Below, piece after piece: positions 1 to 5,010 of a DNA stretch of 5,010 nt. The notes under the pieces are model-generated. The model was not told the origin of the DNA, made no database searches, and saw only the letters and a list, made by a program, of their open reading frames with translations. The position numbers and the translations under genes were made by a program. Positions within the stretch are counted from its first letter, which is position 1; the number at the start of each line of letters is the position of its first letter. This DNA comes from Octopus sinensis. Lineage: Eukaryota. The DNA lies in assembly GCF_006345805.1 (NCBI RefSeq), contig NW_021830167.1:1-5010 (forward strand), read 5' to 3'.

Positions 1-163
1 AATTCTGTGAAGTGTAAAAGTGTAAACCAGCAGAAAAAAACCTTAAAAAGAACTAAAAATAGAAAAGAAAAAAAAGAGATCTAGATGGACTCTAGACCGT
101 GCAAGAAACAGTAGCCAATTTTTTTCTCACATCACATTCTAATGTCTTAATCATTTCATTGAT

Positions 164-180
164 AGTAAAATATAGCAAAC
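164..180 (+). repeat. Left target-site duplication of the 181-571 SINE (AGTAAAATATAGCAAAC)
   Basis: 16/17 identical to 572-588 and directly abuts the SINE 5' end. Confidence 0.85.
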
Positions 181-571
181 AAAGCGACGAGCTGGCAGAA
201 ACGTTAGCACGCCGGGCGAAATGTTTAGCAGCATTTCGTCTCCCGTTACGTTCTGAGTTCAAATTCCGCCGAGGTCGACTTTGCCTTTCATCCTTTCGAA
301 ATCGATTAAATAAGTACCAGTTACGCACTGAGGTAGATATAATCGTCTTAATCCGTTTGTCTGTCCTTGTTTGTCCCCTCTGTGTGTAGCCCCTTGTGGG
401 CAGTAAAGAAATACGTATTTCCTCTGTCTTTACATTCTGAGTTCAAATTCTGCCGAGGTCGACTTTGTCTTTCATCCTTTCGGAGTCGATAAATTGAGCA
501 CTAGTTGCGTACTGGAATCGGTCTAATCGACTGCTCTCCCGAAATTCCGGGCCTTGTGCTTAGAGTAGAAA
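181..571 (+). mobile_element. tRNA-derived SINE, family A, head-to-tail dimeric form
   Basis: A-box-like TGGCAGAAACG at 193-203 and B-box-like GTTCAAATTCC at 257-267. Body GAGGTCGACTTTGCCTTTCATCCTTTCG. Segment 233-348 is repeated at 417-531 with a second B box at 441-451. Flanked by a 17-bp direct repeat (164-180 / 572-588). Homologous copies at 891-1092 (-) and 3849-3969 (+). Matches my recollection of an abundant Octopus SINE. Confidence 0.9.
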
Positions 572-588
572 AGTAAAATATAGTAAAC
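572..588 (+). repeat. Right target-site duplication of the 181-571 SINE (AGTAAAATATAGTAAAC)
   Basis: 16/17 identical to 164-180 (one C/T difference) and directly follows the SINE 3' end. Confidence 0.85.
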
Positions 589-655
589 GGATTTGTGTCG
601 GTTTCGATGGTAGGAGGTAACAGCAGGGTAGGCCTAAGGTCCATCAGTCCAGAAG

Positions 656-875
656 TTTTCTTTCTGTTTGTTTATTTAGGCAGATCCATCATCGCCGGCT
701 TGTCAGGTCTGTCGCGACTTCATTATAGTCTTCATTGTTGCCAGCTGAGTCGACTGGCAAAACATGAAATGAAGTGTTTGGCTCAAGAACAAAACGTATC
801 GCTCGGTCCTGGAATCAAAATCACAATCTTACGATCCTAAAACCAGTACCCTAATCACTAAGCCAGGCGCCTCCA
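656..875 (-). mobile_element. tRNA-derived SINE, family B, degenerate (head and core 741-875 well supported; 3' part 656-740 tentative)
   Basis: Reverse complement of 741-875 (TGGAGGCGCCTGGCTTAGTGATTAGGG...GTTCTTGAGCCAAACACTTCATTTCATG) aligns along its length with 3104-3235, including an A box TGGCTTAGTGA and a decayed B box. The minus strand ends in a simple-repeat-like tail TAAATAAACAAACAGAAAGAAAA (656-678), taken as the tentative 3' end. Confidence 0.75.
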
Positions 876-890
876 GCCATGGTCGCGTTC

Positions 891-1092
891 TAATGGCTTC
901 AAATTTTGGCACAGAGTCAGCTGAGTTTGAAGAAGGGAGGAGTTGATCACATCGACCTCCCTACTTGACGGGTACTTCTTTTGTCGATTCCGAAAGGATG
1001 AAAGGTAAAGTCGACCTCAGAACATAAAGATAGGCAAAATGCCTCTTATCATTTAGTCCAGTCTGCTAACGATCCTGCTAGCTCGCTGCCTT
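891..1092 (-). mobile_element. tRNA-derived SINE, family A, monomer with B-box deletion
   Basis: Reverse complement starts AAGGCAGCGAGCTAGCAGGATCGTTAGC, homologous to 181-210. The reverse complement of 971-1018 matches 271-318 at 43/48. The 3' end TGTGCCAAAATTTGAAGCCATTA matches 3944-3966. The 16 nt containing the B box are missing at about 1018. Confidence 0.85.
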
Positions 1093-1770
1093 ATGAGATC
1101 ATAATAATTATAGTAATTCATCATTATACCTCTAACCTACTAATTATACACCTTCCATACATCTTAAGTACCACGAAATGCTTGAAACTTAAATTAAACA
1201 AATACAGGGTATTAAATACAAATTTGATACATGAAAGGCCGGTGAGTCGTGTATTACATTAGTACATTTATTAATTACTGTATTTACAAAGAGTGTTGTA
1301 TCATTACTGCTTCCAAGGTGGCAAATTTTGGAATTTTAATGGATTTAATCACAGAGGTTTTGCAAGATGAGGGTCATTAGAATTACTGTCTGTTTTGTAG
1401 TTGATCATAGCATTAGGGCTTTACATAGTTTGCGTAATTAAACACCACGATCCATCAGTTCAACCTGGATACCACTGACGCTCTCGGTTTCTCTTAGTAG
1501 TAACCATAACTAAGAGTAACTTTATGCTAAATAAGTGGAGGATCTTTCGAAGTTTTGGTATCGCCACGATCAAGTGCAGCGAAAGCACACAGGACACACA
1601 ACGTCATCTGTGGATGTGAAATGAACTAGATGGGCGGCCACGAGGATTTCAAGTTTCGTCTCGTAAATGTATCCGGATTAAATGAGATAGAAGACTATCA
1701 GTAACCGGAAAATCCGTAGTGTAACTATACTTGTTTCAATCATTAGAATTAAAATTCACCCAATACCTAT

Positions 1771-1784
1771 TATATATATATATA
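1771..1784. repeat. (TA)7 microsatellite at the 5' junction of the family C SINE
   Basis: Direct reading: TATATATATATATA. Confidence 0.8.
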
Positions 1785-1789
1785 AAATA

Positions 1790-2199
1790 GGCGCAGGAGT
1801 GGCTGTGTGGTAAGTAGCTTGCTTACCAACCACATGGTTCCGGGTTCAGTCCCACTGCGTGGCACCTTGGGCAAGTGTCTTCTACTATAGCCTCGGGCCG
1901 ACCAAAGCCTTGTGAGTGGATTTGGTAGACGGAAACTGAAAGAAGCCCGTCGTATATATGTATATATATATATGTGTGTGTGTGTGTTTATGTGTACGTG
2001 TTTGTCCCTCCAACATCGCTTGACAACCGATGCTGGTGTGTTTACGTCCCCGTAACTTAGCGGATCGGCAAAAGAGACAGATAGAATAAGTACTAGGCTT
2101 ACAAAGAATAAGTCCTGGGGGTCGATTTGCTCGACTAAAGGCGATGCTCCAGCATGGCCGCAGTCAAATGACTGAAGCAATTGAAAGAGTAAAAGAGTA
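1790..2199 (+). mobile_element. Full-length tRNA-derived SINE, family C (CORE-like box, internal microsatellite, stem-loop and short tandem tail)
   Basis: A box TGGCTGTGTGG at 1800-1810 and B box GGTTCAGTCCC at 1843-1853. Acceptor-stem-like pairing GCGCAG (1791-1796) / CTGCGT (1855-1860). CORE-like CACCTTGGGCAAGTGTCTT at 1863-1881. Internal (TA)/(TG) tract. 3' hairpin CAGTCA-AA-TGACTG at 2161-2174 and tandem AAAGAGT tail at 2184-2198. Very close to an Octopus SINE consensus as I recall it. Confidence 0.92.
1953..1995. repeat. Compound (TA)n(TG)n microsatellite internal to the family C SINE
   Basis: Direct reading: TATATATGTATATATATATATGTGTGTGTGTGTGTTTATGTGT. Confidence 0.9.
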
Positions 2200-2226
2200 A
2201 TATATTTTCCATATAACTTTGACAGT

Positions 2227-2284
2227 TATCGATATCTTTCGTAGAACTGCCAATTGAAGGGGACGTAAACAAACCGATACCAGC
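2227..2284 (-). mobile_element. Older, inverted fragment of the family C SINE 3' domain
   Basis: The reverse complement of 2227-2274 aligns ungapped with 2036-2083 at 35/48, including a perfect 13-mer TGTTTACGTCCCC. Confidence 0.65.
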
Positions 2285-2449
2285 TCGCCACCTCAGACGG
2301 CGGTAATATTCTCAGCATCTTTTGTTTGTAAACGACCAACGTAATAAATCATGTCCAGCAATGAATATGTTAAAGGTTAAAAGTTCGTGGGTTTGCTTCG
2401 TTTATTATGCCTGCAACCAGCTTGACCACACGACGATGGCCTTCAAGAA

Positions 2450-2851
2450 TACAATATCCAGGACATCAATCGTCTGGAAGCTGTTCAGCGACGTGCAACC
2501 AAAAGAATACCCTCCATCAGGCATTTGCCATATCCTGAACGCCTTACTTCCCTGGGCATGGACACATTGAAACTCCGACGTCTGGCAGCTGACTTGGCAG
2601 ACACCCATAAAATTATCAACCATCGCACAAACAATAACTCTGAGCACCTTTTCAAACTCCACCCATCTAACACCCGTGGACATATTTACAAAGTCGGAAA
2701 ACAGCACAGCTCCCATGACTTTCGGAAACATTTTTTCACGCTGAGAGTTGCTGAAGCATGGAACAAACTGCCGGCATCGGTTGTTAGTTGTCGGAGCACT
2801 GCATCCTTCAAAACTTCCATGCTTCCTGAGATTCGCCAACACTACACCTGA
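2450..2851 (+). pseudogene. CR1-type ORF2 C-terminal remnant (133 codons plus stop; no endonuclease or RT core)
   Basis: Extends track ORF 2525..2851 upstream in frame. The track 'M' is a TTG and not a real start. Recognisable homology begins at about 2450; the nearest upstream in-frame stop is TGA at 2423-2425. Confidence 0.85.
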
Positions 2852-2979
2852 TTTTCTCCCCTCCATACACACACAAGCATGTTCACTTTCCAGACATTTC
2901 TACATTACTGCATGTACTTTATATGCACTTTCTGACAAGTTGTGGTGCACCTGAGCACTGTATACAATAATTTCATTAT
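2450..2979 (+). mobile_element. 5'-truncated non-LTR retrotransposon (CR1/L2 group, most like CR1): ORF2 C-terminus plus 3' UTR
   Basis: Frame 2 from 2450 reads YNIQDINRLEAVQRRATKRIPSIRHLPYPERLTSLGMDTLKLRRLAADL...TRGHIYKV...FRKHFFTLRVAEAWNKLP...SFK. These match the post-RT C-terminal motifs typical of CR1 ORF2 (LERVQRRATK, Y.ERL..LGL..L..RR, TRGH..KL, RK.FF..RV...WN.LP). Stop at 2849-2851, then about 130 nt of 3' UTR with a small hairpin (2945-2958) ending in an ATT-rich tail. Confidence 0.92.
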
Positions 2980-3103
2980 ATAATACACACTAACAAGTAA
3001 TCACACTATAGTGGTAACCAAACATCCTTGCGAGCCTCTGAGTCAGGTTGATAAGGGTAGGGTAACTAAAAGAAGGAAGTAATGTACCTTATAGATATAG
3101 CAC

Positions 3104-3406
3104 GTAAGCGTGTGGTTTAGTGGTTAGGGTATTCGGCCTACGATCACAAGGTCGTGAGTTCGGTTCCCGGCAGCGCGTTGTGTCCTGGAGCAAGACACTT
3201 TATTTCATATTGTTCCTGTCAACTCGTCGCGCAAAAATAAGGCCAACCATGACACATTCTTGTGTCACGCTGAATCTCTCTGAGAACTACGTTAAGGATA
3301 CGTGTGTCCGTGGAGTACTCAACCAGTTGCATGTTAATTTCACGAACAGGCTGTTCCGTTCAGCGGATCAGCTGGAACCCTCGTCGTCATAACCGATGGA
3401 GTGCCA
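3104..3406 (+). mobile_element. tRNA-derived SINE, family B, near full length
   Basis: A box TGGTTTAGTGG at 3113-3123 and B-box-like GAGTTCGGTTCCC at 3156-3168. CORE-like GTTGTGTCCTGGAGCAAGACACTTT at 3177-3201. Head and core are homologous to the reverse complement of 741-875. The 3' end (...AACCGATGGAGTGCCA) is placed from recall of the Octopus family. Confidence 0.85.
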
Positions 3407-3411
3407 GTTAT

Positions 3412-3597
3412 CAGCAGTTCCCAACTAGGGGGTCCGTGGACATCTGAAAGAGAGGGGCCACAACTATAATACAATGGGGACTATGAGTTGTGTTCAAAAC
3501 TTGTTGAGTATACAGATCTTTCATGATCCTGGTGTCCGTGGGAAGCTTTATTTAAACAAAGGGGAATCGTTTGCAGTGAAAAGGTCGAGAACTATTA
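3412..3597. mobile_element. Probable degenerate hAT (Charlie-like) non-autonomous DNA transposon / MITE, about 186 bp
   Basis: Left end CAGCAGTTCCCAAC (3412-3425) and right end GTCGAGAACTATTA (3584-3597) both resemble the Charlie-type TIR CAGTGGTTCTCAAC; the right end is 10/14 with transitions only, and the two ends match each other 9/14. Internal repeated GGGGTCCGTGG-like motifs at 3429-3439 and 3531-3541, with degenerate versions at about 3453, 3476 and 3560. No 8-bp TSD is visible. Confidence 0.55.
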
Positions 3598-3619
3598 AAC
3601 AACGTCAAAGAAAAATGAA

Positions 3620-3691
3620 ACAGAATGGCCATAGGTGGAATCCGTTGGATCATAATTCTGCTCTCTCAGAGTTGACAAAGGGCTGAGCAAC
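3620..3691 (+). repeat. Possible degenerate 3' end of another Octopus interspersed repeat
   Basis: AATGGCCATAGGTGGAATCCGTTGGATCAT...GGGCTGAGCAACA resembles, from memory only, an Octopus repeat ending ...TGGAATGCCTTTGATCATAGG...GGGGCTAAAC(AAC)n. Weak similarity to the reverse complement of 4347-4395. Confidence 0.35.
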
Positions 3692-3848
3692 ATTAGACAT
3701 ATGAAAATAAAAACGATAGTGTTCTAGTGCTCTCTTTTACTCAGTTTTTGTTTAGTTTTCCCACGTGTTTCAAATGATTCCCTTGTATTTTATCAGGAAC
3801 AGTAAACTTATGTATACATCAATATTTCTAGACTTCAACAGTCTTATC

Positions 3849-3969
3849 TTGCCTTTCATCATTTCGGGGTCGATAAAATAAGTACCAGTTGAGCACCGGG
3901 GACGATATAATCAACTTATCCCCTCCATCGAAATTGCATGCCTTATGCTAAAATTTGAAGCCATTATTA
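3849..3969 (+). mobile_element. 5'-truncated family A SINE fragment (body and tail, no tRNA head)
   Basis: TTGCCTTTCATCATTTCGGGGTCGATAAAATAAGTACCAGTTGAGCAC matches 281-328 and 465-512. The tail AAAATTTGAAGCCATTA is identical to the reverse complement of 891-907 and ends in (ATT)n. Confidence 0.85.
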
Positions 3970-4346
3970 TAAGTGTACGCTAATCCGGCTAGAGAGTACT
4001 TTATGGACAATATAACAGTTGGAGTCGCCAAGTTTACAACTCTCACACATTCAGTCAAATTTACAGACCATGTTAGTCCGTTGCAGCTTCTCAGGTTTAG
4101 ATGCTTGTATTTTGTTGTTGACAAGGAGGCTTTGATTTTAGTGGTTTTGTAATATATTATTACTGTTAAGTCCTAGTTAGAACTAATCTATTTTACGCTC
4201 CATTTTATGAGGATTTCGATTACGGGTTCATCTTTTATATAGTTAGTTATACACCTGATTCATATAAAACGCTTTCTGTGTGGTCTATGTAGTTCTAACA
4301 GGTGTAGAGTCTGATCTGTTTGTTGTGGTGTATTTCTAACTATATT

Positions 4347-4508
4347 GATCAAAGTAATTTGGTTCTTCAGACGTGCCCATCCCGTCTTTTTTTTTCTTGA
4401 CTACATTACCCGATGTTCCATTCTCCTATAGGAGCGTGCGTAATTTGAGCAAGATTTGGCTGCTATTTCTGGTAAACAGGGGGACCACATAGAAGTTCCA
4501 CATTCGGC
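4347..4508 (-). repeat. Possible degenerate interspersed-repeat fragment
   Basis: The minus strand reads ...CCAGAAATAGCAGCCAAATCTTGCTCAAAT...TAATGTAGTC...AAAAGACGGGATGGGCACG...CTTTGATCA, which resembles an Octopus repeat as I recall it. It is not independently confirmable within the window. Confidence 0.4.

Positions 4509-4509
<1 letters not shown>

Positions 4510-4542
<33 letters not shown>
4510..4542. repeat. (GTT)11 perfect trinucleotide microsatellite
   Basis: Direct count of 11 GTT units; the source of the poly-Q in track ORF 4463..5005. Confidence 0.97.
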
Positions 4543-4544
<2 letters not shown>

Positions 4545-4653
4545 GCAAGATAACCATTTCCAAGAGAGAAAGGGTGAGGGTATGGAATTACTCTTATCAG
4601 TTCTGCAGCGAGAACCTGGCGGAGCAAACTTCCTCCTGTTGACTCCTGAAATG

Positions 4654-4654
4654 G

Positions 4655-4718
<64 letters not shown>

Positions 4719-4720
4719 GT
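4654..4720. repeat. (GT)n microsatellite, about 33 units, with two interruptions
   Basis: Direct reading, with a GG phase shift at 4678-4679 and GC at 4713-4714. Confidence 0.97.
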
Positions 4721-4794
4721 CTGGCTACTTGTAGGCAAGAGGGGGCTGCGAATGGGAGGTGCAACAGAATACAGAGTAATGAAGAAGAAAATGT

Positions 4795-4977
4795 GGTGAT
4801 GGAAATGATGGTGTTGTTGTTGTTGGTGGTGATGGTGGTGATGATGGTAGTGTTGACAGTGATGATGATGGTGGTGGTGGTGGTGGTGTTGGCGGCGGTG
4901 GTGGCGGTAGTGGTGATAGGGATGAGGATGGATGGGATGTCGAAGCTTATTGTGATGATGATGATGATGATGATGAT
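4795..4977. repeat. Compound low-complexity trinucleotide tract (GGT/GAT/GTT/GGC) ending in (GAT)8
   Basis: In-phase GGT, GAT, GTT and GGC triplets from about 4795; perfect (GAT)8 at 4954-4977. Confidence 0.9.
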
Positions 4978-4979
4978 GC

Positions 4980-4999
4980 GGGAAGGGAGGCGGGGAGGG
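4980..4999 (+). other. Canonical G-quadruplex-forming motif
   Basis: GGG-AA-GGG-AGGC-GGGG-A-GGG fits G3+N1-7 x4. Only the sequence motif is shown; actual folding is untested. Confidence 0.6.
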
Positions 5000-5010
5000 T
5001 GGCACACCGC

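Noticed and set aside
1-96. Lys-rich open frame 1-84 and two TCTAGA palindromes (80-85, 91-96)
   Set aside because: Lys richness follows from the A-rich composition, and paired 6-mers are unremarkable.
233-531. Repeated GTTCAAATTC..GAGGTCGAC units as a CRISPR-like or prokaryotic array
   Set aside because: Only two adjacent copies, about 115 nt long, with no unique spacers; explained by the SINE dimer in a eukaryotic context.
738-760. Hairpin TTGCCAG-N9-CTGGCAA
   Set aside because: Lies within the family B SINE core and is not preserved in the 3104-3406 copy; no independent evidence of function.
92-840. ORFs 92..328, 99..389 and 595..840
   Set aside because: They lie largely within SINE sequence, cross element boundaries and show no protein-like motifs.
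1790-1865. Possible genuine tRNA gene (also considered at 3104-3175)
   Set aside because: A and B boxes are present, but the cloverleaf is imperfect and the sequence continues directly into SINE body; these are tRNA-derived SINE heads.
1770-2180. 136-aa minus-strand ORF
   Set aside because: Antisense translation of the family C SINE, including its microsatellite (HTHIYIY).
2405-2872. 155-aa minus-strand ORF and the other short ORFs at 2322..2570, 2485..2673 and 2748..2954
   Set aside because: Antisense or off-frame shadows of the CR1 ORF2 remnant; only the plus frame 2 has recognisable motifs.
3091-3416. Putative TSD for the family B SINE (TATAGCA at 3096-3102 versus TATCAGCA at 3409-3416)
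   Set aside because: Short, needs an indel, and is AT-rich, so it is not distinguishable from chance.
3120-3686. ORFs 3120..3392 and 3474..3686
   Set aside because: Contained in, or crossing, the family B SINE and the MITE-like element; no transposase or other motif.
4003-4152. 49-aa ATG-initiated ORF (MDNITVGVAKFTTLTHSVKF...)
   Set aside because: Short, unrecognisable, and of a length expected by chance.
4463-5005. 180-aa poly-His/poly-Gln/HT-repeat ORF (minus), the overlapping 136-aa ORF 4597..5007, and open Gly/Asp-rich and Met/Val-rich plus frames running off the window end
   Set aside because: CAC/CAT/CAA/ACA repeats contain no stop codons, so several frames are open at once. The ORF runs through a dinucleotide (GT)n tract, and the non-repeat parts resemble no protein I recognise.

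Overview
Eukaryotic, repeat-dense, apparently non-coding DNA (intronic or intergenic); roughly 55-60% is interspersed or simple repeat. The SINE sequences closely resemble the abundant tRNA-derived SINEs I recall from Octopus (coleoid cephalopod) genomes, so the taxon is inferred from recall, not from a search. Contents: six tRNA-headed SINE copies or fragments from three head families (family A at 181-571 as a TSD-flanked dimer, 891-1092 and 3849-3969; family B at 656-875 and 3104-3406; family C at 1790-2199) plus an inverted family C fragment at 2227-2284. There is also a 5'-truncated CR1/L2-group LINE 3' end with an uninterrupted ORF2 C-terminal frame (2450-2979), a probable degenerate hAT/Charlie-like MITE (3412-3597), two weak repeat remnants, and a terminal cluster of microsatellites with a canonical G-quadruplex motif. 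No host protein-coding gene is supported. Apart from the LINE remnant, the listed ORFs are repeat-derived or low-complexity artefacts. I found no convincing novel biological system; the most interesting signals concern modular SINE architecture and inverted SINE pairs.
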